Source: Callorhinchus milii
Lineage: Eukaryota
Direction of reading: 5' to 3'
DNA: 64,000 nt
Assembly (NCBI RefSeq): GCF_018977255.1
Contig: NW_024704742.1
Span: 27,406,001 to 27,470,000 of the forward strand
Of the stretch, positions 25,687 to 37,990 are shown one piece after another. The translations under genes and the position numbers were made by a program. Within the stretch, counting starts at the first letter, position 1. Each line of letters begins with the position of its first letter. Under the pieces are notes generated by a model. It did not search any database. It was not told the DNA's origin and saw nothing but the letters and a program-made list of their open reading frames with translations.

Positions 25687-25830
25687 AATAATCCTTGCAT
25701 TTAATATAGTGCCTTTTCACGTTGCTGAGATATCTCAAAGCGCTTCGCAGAATAAACTGTAAAGTGAATTGACTATATTTTGTGGGTGAAACATGGTAGC
25801 CAAGAGCTCACAGCAGCGTCCCACAAACAG
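25687..25830 (-). mobile_element. SINE 3' portion
   Basis: ATAATCCTTGCATTT...GAGATATCTCAAAGCGCTT...CCCACAAACAG. Confidence 0.85.
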
Positions 25831-25954
25831 TGACAATATTTTTATTTATTTTACACTTTCAGGAGATTTTCAGGAGAGAAAGATAGGCTTTCCAGAGATT
25901 TTTGATACACTTCCTTACAAACAATTGAAAATTGGCTCATTGGAAAATCAGGCA

Positions 25955-26210
25955 TGGCTCTGAGCTGAGCTGGAGCCGTGGTAGAGCATTACAACTGGGC
26001 TTGGGCTTTGGAGGAAAACCAAACAGGATTCCCACTCTTGATCATTCTCCATTGCTTCTTGATGCAAAATATGCACTGTAGGTGGGCCTGATTGTGTTAG
26101 ACTGTGATTCCCCCGTGATCATAAGGCCTTACAATGTGATACTGCCTGAGCTGACGTATGAAGAGTGGCCATTCAGTCATAGGACCATGTGGTGGCAAGA
26201 GACAGTCGGG
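25955..26210 (+). mobile_element. Ancient SINE body (AmnSINE2-like)
   Basis: TACAACTGG...CAGGATTCCCACTCTTGATC...CTGTGATTCCCCC...ATGAAGAGTGGCCA are collinear with my recalled AmnSINE2 consensus; family name not verified. Confidence 0.5.
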
Positions 26211-26279
26211 AAATACATTGTATTTTTGCAGTGGCGTTTGTCGTGAGATGCAGCAAAGAGATTCACAATTACTCTGTGT

Positions 26280-26505
26280 GGAAAATCCCTTCTCTTTTCA
26301 AATAGCACCACACGATCTTTAACATCTTCTTGAACAGGCAGACAGGATCTTGGTTTACCATCTCATCTAAAGGATGGTATCTCCGACAATGTAACACACC
26401 CCCAGGAGTCAGCTTAGACCATGTGAGTTCCAAGTCCTTACGTGAAGTTTGAACCCACAACCTTCTGACTCGGAGGCGAGAGTGCTACCAACTGAGGTAG
26501 ACTGA
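26280..26505 (-). mobile_element. Deu-domain SINE 5' half
   Basis: TTGAACCCACAACCTTCTGACTCGGAGGCGAGAGTGCTACCAACTGAG is the reverse complement of the tRNA head. Confidence 0.88.
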
Positions 26506-26549
26506 TGCACTGTATTTGGAATGCTTGCTGTGATAGATACTTTATTTCA

Positions 26550-27045
26550 GTAATAATCCTTACAATTGATTTAGTACTTTCCCATATCATCAAATCCCTC
26601 CAAACACTCCACTGTAAAGTTCAGTGACTCTCTCCCTCAGTCCCTCCTCCTTGCCCCACCTTCCCAATTTTCATATCACCCTGAAAACCTTCCTATTTGA
26701 CTGTACTCCACCACCCGGCTCAGTGTCAGGCTCCACCACTATTGAGTGATGCGAGGTGCTACCCTGTGTGAAGTGCGCTGTATAAATGCAAGTTGATGTT
26801 TACATACAAGTTTCACAGACAGGGAGAAAATCCCTTTTCTTTTCAAATAGTGTCATGGATTCTTTAATATTCCCCTGAACAGTCACAGACAGGAGCTCGG
26901 TTTAATGATTCAAAGGTCTGCCCCCAAGCAATGTAACACATTCCCAGCAATGTCAGTCTTGACTATGAGCTCAAGTCCCGCCTTGGGGCTTGAGCCAACC
27001 ATTTTCCAAATTGGAGGCGAGAGTGCTCTTTGAGCTGACTCAGCT
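26550..27045 (-). mobile_element. Deu-domain SINE interrupted by plus-strand L2 3' fragment (26630-26800)
   Basis: SINE tail at 26550; L2 AAAACCTTCCTATTTGAC...ATAAATGCAAGTTG; SINE resumes GGGAGAAAATCCC...GGAGGCGAGAGTGC. Confidence 0.78.
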
Positions 27046-27624
27046 CTCATGTGCCTTTAAAAACCAGATACAAGAGAATGTTTCCCTTTGGTTGCCAGTG
27101 AAAAATATGAGTTCTGCTAATTCGACAGTTTGTGCATGCAAGCTCTAATAGTGACAAAATAAACTTGTTCCATTAGAGACAACATGCTAATGGAATGTGA
27201 TCATTGAGGGATTCACTCAGGGAAGTTGAGGTAGTTTGTGGTTCCCTAATTTATACCAGAAAATAAAGCCTTTAAGAAACGTCACCCGAATGTCACCTAA
27301 CTCCGAACCGTTCTAAAACTTGCAGACTGTAAATAAGGCACCTATGCTTTTAGGCAAAACAACACAATACCTATTTAAATCCTGTTTCACAAACTGGCAC
27401 AATGGTTATTATGCTTACTACATGAAGGCTAATGCTTTTCTGGATTATATTATCTTGTCATATGTACTGAACCAAATAAACAGTACATCCTCAGATTTCA
27501 AATTAGATTATCCCTTTGAAACCCAATCCATGTAAAATCAATCCACTTGTGTTCAACATGGTGGAAGAACAAAATTCTTATTTGCAGAAGGGCACTTATT
27601 ATTTGAAATTGTACAAAAATATAT

Positions 27625-27995
27625 AATTTACAATTATGCAGTGTCGTTCAAGACAGGAGGATGTCTCAAAGAGCTTCGGTGTCGAATGGGAAAGGGAAAG
27701 ATGGCCAAAATTGCGGTCAAAGACGTACATTTTGAGTGCAGGGAGGGAAGGAGGGAGTCAGAGAGACTCTGGGATGGAGTTCCAGAGCACTGGAGTGGAA
27801 TGCTCACTGAATGAAGGGAGCAGCCGGTCTGATGTGGTTGGAGGAGGTCACTGAGGTAGGGTGGATCGCGGCCATGGAGGGATTTGAACATGCGAACGAG
27901 GATTTTGAATTCAATCCGCTGGGGGATGTGGAGCTGAGTGGATATGGTGGGGTGGGTGGGGGGGAGAGGATGGGATAGGCTGGTGGAGACCATGT
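27625..27995 (-). mobile_element. L2 LINE 3' fragment
   Basis: ORF 27634-27999 contains IPQRIEFKILVRMFKSLHGRDPPYLSDLL. Confidence 0.9.
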
Positions 27996-28109
27996 GCACT
28001 GGGTTCCCAGCAAATACTCCTGTTAATAAAGTTTTTTAAAAAACAATCTTTAAAGAAACTGTTTTCTCCTCCAATTTCTACTTCTGATGAAAGCATTTAC
28101 TTCTTGTTG

Positions 28110-28405
28110 GGGGGGCAGTTCCATGGGTACCAATTGGCCATGATTACATCACCTAAAGCACTATTCTTGCATGAACTTTGACAATGAGTGTTATCACACG
28201 ATTCAGTCCCCTCATTTCACAGCCGAGCCCAAAGCTATACTGACCTGACATGCAATACCAGTAAGGATCACTGAATAGCAATCGGATCCATCAACCCTGG
28301 GCCTTATTTCTCTCCTAACTCAGGGAAGTTGAGGTTGATTGTAGTTCCTTTACCTGTTGCTGTGGTTTGCTGTGGGGATTGAAGCCCGCAACTTTCTAGT
28401 CTGTA
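28110..28405 (-). mobile_element. Ancient SINE (AmnSINE2-like)
   Basis: TCACAGCCGAGCCC...GGATCACTGAATAGCAATC...AACCCTGG...GTTGAGGTTGATTGTAG; reverse orientation of the 25955 element. Confidence 0.5.
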
Positions 28406-28529
28406 ATCTTATTTTGAAAGCTGATTCTTCCACAGTTATTATCCGTATAGTAGAACACTGGCTTTTAAATGAGACCTGAATTCAAAAGTGTTTTCCAGCG
28501 TTCTACCTGTCATTGATGTCCATCTGAGG

Positions 28530-28666
28530 AACAGACAGACAAAGCTGGGTTTAATTTCTCATCCTAAAAACAGCACGTCCAGCAATGCAGGGCACCTCCA
28601 TAGACATCATGGGGCTTGCACTCACCACCTTCTGACCCAGAGGAATGATTGAGCCGAACTGACACA
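28530..28666 (-). mobile_element. Deu-domain SINE 5' fragment
   Basis: GGTTTAATTTCTCATCC...ACCTTCTGACCCAGAGG...TGAGCCGAACTGACAC. Confidence 0.7.
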
Positions 28667-28711
28667 ATTGGCAAAGAGATCAGGAGGGAAAGAAAGTGAT
28701 AATGGACCAGT

Positions 28712-29080
28712 GGAGTCCTGTAGTTCAGTGGTTACAGCACTCGCTTCGAAACCAAGAGATCTGGGTTCGATTCCCAGCTGGGCGAAATGTTGGGCAAGTT
28801 TCCTTACTCCACATGTCTCTGTTTACCTAGCAGTAAGTAGGAATCTAGTTGTGGTCGATGGGCGAATCGATTTTCAGGAGGTAATAAATCCTTAAAAAAA
28901 ATTAGTCACTAAATACACGACTGCTTGTGGGACACTGATGTGTGCAATTGGCTGTCGCATTTCACCTGGCATACAGTCAATGATGCAATCAATTCACTTT
29001 ACAGTATATTCTGTGAAGCGCTCTGAGACGTCTCAAAGATATGATAAGGCGCTATATCAAATTCAAGTACTATTATTATT
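28712..29080 (+). mobile_element. tRNA-Ala-derived SINE, full length
   Basis: GGAGTCCTGTAGTTCAGTGG A-box, GGTTCGATTCC B-box, GAGACGTCTC tail, (ATT)n. Confidence 0.95.
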
Positions 29081-30489
29081 GTAATCGACATAGACAGAGG
29101 TGATCACTTGTTGTCTGTCTGAGATGAAATATGTCTGAAAAGCCTGAGTCTGTGTAAGAAAGTAGATTTAGTGAATAGATTTCTGTTTAGAAATATTTGT
29201 AAAACAGCACATTGAGGCTCTGTAAAGCTGGCTTCAAAAGTTTGTTGAACTTTTTTTAATAAAAGCCGAATGGTTTATTCATTGGGTATTATACGTATGC
29301 CAGTGTAATGCTTGGCGAGCTTAATGTTTTTATTTGAGAAGCTCATATGGTTTCAGGGATGTTTCTGATTATGAATTAGAGGATGGATTCTGCTTGCATA
29401 GTAAATTGAAAAGCTTTTATTTAAATGACTGACGTGTACCTGAGGATTTACAGGTTTGTCTCCCCCGCTGTTATTTTGCCAACCAAAATTGCACGACTTG
29501 CTGTGGTGAATTTGCTTTGATTTTTTCTCAGTCATATCTCTGTACAACCGGAATTAAAAAAAAACCAAGCAGCTCAAACTGCAATAGAAAAGCTTTTATA
29601 ATGTCTCGTAGATTTAAAAGCTGGTGCAAATATATGTGTGTGTCAGCGCCAGGGGTGTTGGAGTCACAGGAGGAGAGAAGAGAATTATATTGGAAATAAT
29701 GAGGTTTCAGTAGAGGTTTGCAAATTTGTAGCCATTGTGTAATGTGTTATCCTTCCCCAATGTAGTGGTGAACTGGGAAATAGCACAATTTGAACATTTT
29801 CATTATTGAACTTGGCAGACCATTCCAGTATAGTGTATTATAGTAAATAAAAGGCATAAGGCCATTGTCCATGATATAGCACCTTATGGGATAGAACACT
29901 ATGGATTGTATGTCTTATATCCACTGAAGAGGGATGAAATTGATATAAAACTATAGGACCAAATTTGAACCATTGTTAATATGAGGCATCTTCAGAGGTT
30001 CAACATTTTAACTTAAAGCCCAGAAAAAGCCTTAATGCTTCTGCTTATTTCACGGGCTTGTGCAATGAGACAACTGGCCAGCTAAACAAGTACGCAGTCT
30101 ACAGATGCTACGTTGATTATGTGAATGCGGTCATGCTTTTTCAACCTCTAAGATTAATTTCAAAATGGTCAGAGAGTCACTCAACTTGATAAGTTATTTT
30201 TGGAAATGAGACAGTTGTTGCTTTCCAAAAGAAAACATGCTGTAATTCTCCTTCCATCATCCATATAGCTGTAACCATCAAGTATTGTCAAGTGTGATGA
30301 ATGGTCAACTGAATACTTTTTAAAAATAAACTCCTACAAAGACACACAATGTTCTTAATAATAGTAATAATAATCCTTGTACTCACAGGAAATACTGTAA
30401 AGTGACTGACTGTGTATTTGGTGGGCGAAACGCAGCAGCCAATTTTGCTTGTAGCTAGGAACTTGTCCTGAGATAGCACTGACTGAGAG

Positions 30490-30790
30490 TTTTTGTTTTG
30501 GTCAGCCGGGTATTTGACATATGTAGAAAACCATCACCATGCTTATTTGACTGTTGGTGGGACATTACTGTGTGCAATTGGCTGCTGCGTTTCACCCACA
30601 TAATACAGTCAATCCGCTTTACAATATATTCTGATAAGCGCTTTGAGACGTCTCAACGGCATAATAAGGTGCTAAATCAATGAATGGATTATTGTTATTG
30701 TTAATAATAGGAGTATCCAAACCAGACTGAGCATTTCACGTATGTATGCCACCTGCACATGAAAATTTCCTGTTTCTGGAATGGGGGAAA
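30490..30790 (-). mobile_element. Family X fragment interrupted by plus-strand SINE 3' half (30547-30708)
   Basis: TTTTGGTCAGCCGGG...CCATCACCATGCTTA | SINE | GAGTATCCAAACCAGACTGAG...TATGCCACCTGCACATG. Confidence 0.8.
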
Positions 30791-31534
30791 CTTCCACATA
30801 TTGTAAAGACTCATCATGTCTTTATTTGTGGACTCGATTCCATCTGTTTAATCTCCTGATGAAATATGGAGAGTAGCCTGAATTGAGCTGCATTCTCAAT
30901 TTTCCACTGACCAAAGCACTTACTCAGTGTGTTCTTTACTACTCAGCCAGTTGCCTTGGCTGATATTGAGGACTTGCTGTTTAGGAAATGGATGTTCATG
31001 AGCAGAGTGCAGGTGTTTATCAAGCAATCGTGACTTTGGGAAGTCTGTTCTTGGCTTGCACTGATGTGTCTGCTCAGTTGAACTCACTCACCTTGCCGTT
31101 ACTTCATTGGATTGCTGCTGTGACAGGGTGTATGGGAGGGACGAAAAACAAAAAGGGCTCCTGATGGTTGCTGTACTATTGGTCCTATTATTGTCCTGCA
31201 CCTGTGGTGCTACTATTGGGTGTACAGGTGTTGTTTCCCTTTCTGTCTGTCGGAGTCAGAGGTCTGGCACTCTTGGCTCTGACTTCATGTGGTTATTTCT
31301 CCTCCTCTTTACTGCCTCTCAGCAGATCCAACGGCCGCTGTGCTGAAAGCATCATTCCATGATGATCTCTGCATCTGTCTCCACCGCTTGTCTTACAGTC
31401 AGTGCAATGAGTGCAGACTGCTTTCAGTTCACTGTGGAGAACAATGCTGAAATTGTTACTTACAAAAGACTTGCTCTAAAATATGACGTTATTGTGCTTG
31501 ATCTCAATTCATCGTGCTCATTCTTTTTAATTTT

Positions 31535-31683
31535 GTCTCTCCTCCACCTTCCCTCCCTTCCCTCCCCTCACCCTGACCATTTCCCCCCTGCTCGGGTCCC
31601 GACCCAACTATCCAGCACCTTGGGACGTCTTTCCGAAGTGAAAGGCGCTCTATAAATGCAATCTTGTTGTTGTTGTTGTTGTT
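31535..31683 (+). mobile_element. L2 LINE 3' end
   Basis: Near-identical to 24590-24730; (GTT)n tail. Confidence 0.93.
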
Positions 31684-32089
31684 CTAAGGCCCTCAACGTT
31701 CTCCTGGTCAGAGTTTTAATAATAATAATAATACGTGCATTCCAAATAGCACCTTATCACATTGTTAAGGTGCCTGAAAGCGCTTCACAGGATATTACTA
31801 TCATTTATAGTGAGTATGTTGGCCTTAAATTCATTGTCTTGAATTATGGATAGCTTCATCCACAAAACACAGTCACTGCACTTTAAAATACTTGTATATC
31901 CTATGAAGTGCTTTGGGATAGGCTCCAATATCAAATGTAAGAATTATTATTATTTTTAACTTCCAAATTAAGACTGCATTTAAGAATTTTCCATTGTACT
32001 GCACAATCTTAAATTCCAAAACAATATTAGGGATAGGACCTCTGAAGATCCTCCTTTTGTGAAATTTGGAGGTGAATCTAAATGAAATC

Positions 32090-32445
32090 TGGATTATTTT
32101 GAACAAAATAGTAACTGCCTGTTTGCCCACAAAACACAGTCACTGCATTTTGCAATACAAGAACAAATTGCATTTATATAATGCCTTTCATGTCGGGAGG
32201 ACGTACCAAGATGCTGGGCAGTCAAAGATTTTCACCCAAGCTGGGGGAGGGAGTTTGCATTTGTGAGCAGTGGTGTCAGGGAGTGTGGGAACGCGATTGG
32301 TGGGGGAAGGGAGGATGACTGACAGAAAGCACAGTCAAAGCCTATCCTATGAGGTATGTTGGGTGATATATCCTGTGAAGCACTTTGGGATGTACTCCCG
32401 ACATGAAGGATGCTATTACCAAGTGTAAGGATTGTTATTATTATT
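32090..32445 (+). mobile_element. SINE 3' half interrupted by minus-strand L2 3' fragment (32153-32338)
   Basis: GCCCACAAAACACAGTCACTGCATTT | GCCTTTCATGTCGGGAGGACGTACCAAG... | TATATCCTGTGAAGCACTTTGGG...AAGGATTGTTATT. Confidence 0.78.
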
Positions 32446-34868
32446 CCCAATCAATGCCACTGTTTCTTTTCCACCAACTCCTGATTTTGACTTTGGGAGT
32501 TTGTCACCTTGGAATGGAAATAACAACCGCTTTCTGCTGTATGTACCTAACCTTGTAAAGTAAATGGTGGTACACTAATTGCCTTCTGTTAGTTATATAA
32601 GTTTAACTGTTGGTGTACTTCAGTTCTGGATGGTATCATACATAACTGCTCGCAACAGCTTAAACAGCAAATGTGCAAACCATAATCAGAGTGTCAGAAG
32701 TAACCTTCAGTGCTCAAAACCCATATACCAACAAAATTATGAGGTGATTGAGAACAAAGTTAAGACATCCTCCCCGTACTGTACACTTCCCACATTTTAA
32801 TTTAGTTGATTTTAATATTGTGGAAAGAAAATTCCATAATTTAAAAAATATATAATTTACGTGTGTTAAAGGCACACAACTAAAACTCAATTACCTGTAT
32901 ACTTGTCTGAAAGTAGGTATACAGCGCTTTGGGACATCCTCCTGACGTGAAAGGCGCTCTATAAATGTAATTTTGTTGTTGGTTTTGTTGTAGGTCCACA
33001 TGCTCTTACAGTAGATACGCATTTAAAATCTTTTTGGGTTGAATAACGTCTTCCAAAAAGCCTATAGGACATTTACTGCACTACATGATAACACTTTGTG
33101 ATTGTACTTTATAATGTTAGAGCTATCTCTGAGTGAGTGAGTTATCTTCCACTTTATTTAGAAAATACAAATCTGCTTTCTTAGCAAGGATGTTCTTTCC
33201 TTTCATGGAAAGGTTAAAGTTTTACCTGTCTACTGTGGTGTCTTATCAGACACAATGCAGACATGGGTTACACAATGGCTTATTTAAGGTACGATAAATG
33301 GCTTACAGTTTCACTTTAGCTTAACAAAGCTGGTCACTTTTATAAAGGTTAGGTTTACTGTGTTTTTTTATATAAATTAATCCCTTCTATTCCTTTTTTA
33401 AAATTGGTAAAAATATTTACATGTGTCTGTCATTCCTCTGAATGAAGCCCATTGCTGACAATTTGGATGAAAGGCGTATATGCTGTTAGTGTGTTCAGGA
33501 AACAAGAAATGGAACGTGACCTTATTGGAGATGAAAAATGTGCTACAAGGCTACAGACCACTCTTTGGCACCATTACGCCAGGCAAAATCCTCATGGGTT
33601 TGAATTCAGATGAATTTACTCACCTGTGTTTTAGATCTTCAAGATTACGGGTAGTGGAAGCTCTGGTAATTTATTGTAAACTCAGACAAATGCTAATTAG
33701 CCTGAAGTAAGGGGTTTCTTTAATTAGGGAGATCACAAGGGGCTGACTGTTGCTAACTGTTGCTAACTTAACAATTAGCCCAAGGGATAGAAACATTGGA
33801 AATGTAATCTTTGAATGTGCAACCAAGGAGTGGGTCTTGTCAGACATACACCAAAGAGCATTGCTGTCCTCGGTGCACCCTGCACGTAGCTTTAATAAGC
33901 TTTTTTCTAAAGTAATTAAAAATTTATTGTAAAACTAGATTTAGTGTTGGCGTGCATATGTGCAAGCAGGAAAGAGCATGAGTGTAAAAGTAGGTGCGTA
34001 TTTGTGAAGGAGGCACCTATGTGTTTGCCGAGGGGAGAGTGTGTGTGTGTGGGGGTGCAAGGGAGAGAATTTGTTTGATGGAGATTTAGTCATGTGTGCC
34101 TACGTGTGAGTGGTTGGGTGGGAGGGAGGGAGAGGAGGTGTACATGGACTAGATTTCAGAAAGCTTCCATGCACCCTCTCCCAGCAACGTTTACAGAATA
34201 TTCTCGAATGTGTATGTTGTGGGTGAGCATTGCTCTTCACATCTTGTAAAAGGTGATTCTCCAGTTAATTATTCCATTTCTGAGGAAAGCTTCCATCCGT
34301 ACATTAAATCATCTGTCATTTTTCGATGAAGATTGTAATGTTGCACATTTGATTCAACACACAGTTTATGCCACGTTAGCATTTTTATACTTTTTTTCTA
34401 CTCCATTCATATTCTCAACATAATAAGTCGAGCAAGTGAAAAATTACTGAATTCAGTACGTAATAAAAATGATTATTGCATAAATGCTTGCATTTGATAT
34501 AGCAATATCATGTCATTGAGATGTCTCAAAGCACTTCCCAGAATATACTATAAAATGAATTGACTATGTATTTTATAGGCAAAACCACATGTGTTTTTAG
34601 TAGTGTTTAAAATTTTGCACATACAAATGAAATGAATTTTGCAGAAGTTGTAACAAACCTGTTGTCTTTCAGCAGAAGGTTTAATATTGGAAAACAAGAA
34701 AGGTGGACAGAGCAGGTACATTCAGTGATTGAAAACTTCAAAGGTTGTGGTTATCCATGGCAGGAAAGCTCCAGCAATTTACTATAGTTTATCTGAACCT
34801 CCCAGATTAATACCGTGTCTTTTCCAGCTTTGTACATTTAATATATACTACTCTTATTTATACTATAT

Positions 34869-35140
34869 GTTTTTTGGTCAGCTGGGTGTCTGACACATAC
34901 GGAAACCCATCACCATGCTTAAGAGAACACAAACCAAGCTGAGAATCCCACCCCACATGGAAATTCCAGAGTTATTCGTTGGAATGGAATGTGCACTCTC
35001 TCCCTGGAGGGACTCATTCTGCTTAACTAATTCCAGGAAGTGTTAGGCTCAGGTTTGCAAAAAACAAGGCTTGGGGACCCAAGAGTGTGCATTGGGTTAC
35101 TGCTGGAGTCTAACCAGCTAAAACCATAGTTTGCCATTGA
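34869..35140 (-). mobile_element. Family X copy
   Basis: TTTTTTGGTCAGCTGGGTGTCTGACACATACGGAAACCCATCACCATGCTTAAG...GGAATGGAATGTGCACTCTCTCCCTGGAGGGAC. Confidence 0.85.
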
Positions 35141-35344
35141 TATAGTTGGACCAAAAAAATCAGTTAAGTTTTCACTGAATTTATTGTTGTTGACGATCTT
35201 TATGCTGCACAAATAGCCAGAGAACACTGAAAGAAAATACGACCTGCTACAAGCACAGGCAAATGTGCACTACTACAACCAGAAAGCTAGTATTTTGAGG
35301 CATTTATTTTCCTGAATCCTTGAGCTGTTCATAACCCCCGGGCT

Positions 35345-35465
35345 CTGTTTGGACTTTGACAGCGCCTTCGGTCACCTTCACCCTCCCCTGGCTCGGCCTT
35401 GGGCTCCACCATCTGTGATGCTGCCTGGCACGGAGGATGCTATATAAATGTAAGTCGTTGTTGTT
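35345..35465 (+). mobile_element. L2 LINE 3' end
   Basis: TTTGACAGCGCCTTCGGTCACC...TATAAATGTAAGTCGTTGTTG. Confidence 0.75.
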
Positions 35466-36051
35466 CCAATATCCTTGTAACCACTTTTTCCAATTTCTGC
35501 CTGCATTCAGAGTTCCCAATGTCCTTTTCTCTGCAGTGTTTGTATATTTATCTTCATTTTAATTGATGAACTTAAACATTTTGGCAATAATTATTTAGTG
35601 TATATTTATTTCCTTTGAACATATAATTTTTTTCCCATGGAATATTTTATGCAACTTTAACTTGGATAAATTGTAATCATTACACGTTTGGCTACCTCCT
35701 CTTCTTCCCTCGTTCGGGTTCCCTGTCAACTGTGTGCAGCACTTTAAGACATTCTTCTGATGTGAAAGGCGCAATATAAATGTAAATCAATAATATAAAA
35801 TCCCTTGAATTTGATACAGTACCTTTCACATCAGGAGGATATCTTGAAGCACTTCACAGGATTTACTACACAGTGCATTTTGTAGGCAACACCAACAAAT
35901 GGATATTTTGTTTACAATACTGTGTTTGTGGGCAGTATTTACACCTCAAAAGGCCAGTTTTCAACAAAATTGATAACTTAATGTGGCCATAAATTTGTGC
36001 ATAATTTAGAATTTTGCATCAGTTCTCTCATCTGAGATACCTGGTTGGTGG

Positions 36052-36601
36052 GGGGTGGTAAGCAGAGTCTCCTTGGAGCCGAACTAGTTTCAAGGTGACA
36101 TGTTTGACAGTGGAATGTCAGAATCTAATCAAACCTTTGTGGCAGTCTTGGTAGTTCAGTTCCTGAGCCGGGCTGGTCCGCAGGGCACTTCTGATGATAG
36201 CACAGGCAATCTAACTCATCGGCAGAACTTGGAGGGGCAGAGCAGTCACTAGGAGTAGAGATTCTTCACACTCAGCTCCCGTTATCTCTGCAAGCCCAAG
36301 TTCGAATAGGTAGGGTGATCCTAGCTGGACAAGCAACGAGAAGCTTGCCAGACATTGCTTTCAGTGGTGAGCTTTGGCAGTCTTAGACTCCAGTGGTACC
36401 CCAATGCACATTCTGGAATCCCCAAGCCATGACTGGTACTAACCTGTATCTAATATTCTCTGGAATAGGAAAACCGAGTGCATCCCTCCAGTTAGAGAGT
36501 GCACGTTCCATTCCAGACATGGGAACTTACATGTGTAGGTGGCATATGTGAAACTCTGCCTGGTGACAGATATGTATCAGATACTTGACTGACCAAAAAA
36601 A
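36052..36601 (+). mobile_element. Family X, longest copy
   Basis: Reverse complement of the other copies: ACACTCAGCTCC, GTGCATCCCTCCAG...GAGAGTGCACGTTCCATTCC, GTGTAGGTGGCATA; ends CTGACCAAAAAAA. Confidence 0.8.
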
Positions 36602-37650
36602 CATATGCTGCGCAATGAATCTGTCTCGTGTTGCCGTTGATAGTTCACAATGGATCTGCCTCGTGTTTTGAAAAATCCCTCATTTTGAACAGGGATTTAA
36701 AAAAACTTCAATAGTTTTTTTTTGTATTGGTGTTTCTTTGACATACAGCAATAATACTGTGATGTATTCTGATGACAGGCTGAAGTTATTTCAGTGTGAT
36801 AGCTTCTAGTGATCTAACATAGGAGTTCCAGTGCGCACATTTTTGGACTTGCAACGTCTATGATCAACGAATCAAATGGGTGCAGACACCCATCTCGTGT
36901 TTATTAAGCCTTTTTTATCAGTTCCAATTAAAGGCGCTAATTTGTGTATTCTTGGTTTTGGGGATGAATAAGGTTGTGACTATCCTTAACCTATATAGTT
37001 TATGTGAGAGCAACAACTTGACAGAGCAAGGATAGCATAATTGAAATCATGGTAGTAATGGATATTCCTGCGTAGGATTTGATTTTGGCTCTATTTTATC
37101 AGCGTGGGAAGGGAAATTAAACTTATCACAATAAAAGCATGGTTGGTTCCCTTCCTGGAGCAAGTAGGTGTGAGCCAACACATGTTTCAGCATACCTTCT
37201 TGTGGGTTGTGAAAGAAACAGCATTGATGGTGCACACTTGGTTGGATTGTTCCATTCTTCTGTTTCAGACTTTTATGTGTGTAGGAGGAACGAGAGGGTA
37301 AAGGTTGGTACTAATTTAGAGGTGATGATGCATATGTATTAGACTGACTTATGATCCAGCTAACAGAACTTTAACAAGCATTTGGGGCTTTTTTGACAGC
37401 TTTCTCGAGGATTTGCCAACTGATCCCAGCAGTAATAAAAACAGCTGAAGGTTTATTAAAAAGCAGAAAATTGTCCTTCATTTTTAACGGAGTATGGCTA
37501 TCTTTGATTCAGACTAATGATAAAATGTGATGTTCTAATTTAATTACACAATCAAGGATGAAGACTGTCTAAACAATACATTATATGCGAGACAGTGAAT
37601 TCTACATTTCACTATTAAGTGGAACCAGAAGTGCTAAGGAAATCTTAGGC

Positions 37651-37710
37651 AACAACAACAACAAAATTACATTTATAGAGCGCCTTTCATGTTGGGAGGA
37701 CTTCCCAAGG
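37651..37710 (-). mobile_element. L2 3' tail (60 nt)
   Basis: (AAC)n AAAATTACATTTATAGAGCGCCTTTCATGTTGGGAGGAC. Confidence 0.9.
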
Positions 37711-37990
37711 CAAGTTTCCTTACCCCACGTGCCTCTGTTTACCTAGAGCAAGTAGGAACCCAGATATTAGTCAATTGTGGATCGCTTTCTGGGGTAAATA
37801 ATTCCTTGAAAAAAATAATAATTTGAATACTGAATCCACAACTGTTTGTGGGACACTCCTGTTCGCAGTTGGCTGCTGGGTTTCGCCCACAAAATATATA
37901 GTTGATTCATTTTACAATATATTCTGTGAAACGTGTTGAAATATCTCAACGACGTGATAAGGCACAATATGAAATCCAAGTATTATTCTT
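37711..37990 (+). mobile_element. tRNA-Ala SINE lacking head
   Basis: CAAGTTTCCTTACCCCACGTGCCTCTGTTTACCTAG through the tail. Confidence 0.9.

Noticed and set aside
28712..28785. tRNA-Ala gene (and the other SINE heads)
   Set aside because: The acceptor stem does not close, no poly-T terminator, and it continues into SINE body
37050..37300. Possible very old RT fragment or small exon
   Set aside because: Motif similarity too faint to separate from chance; donor site weak
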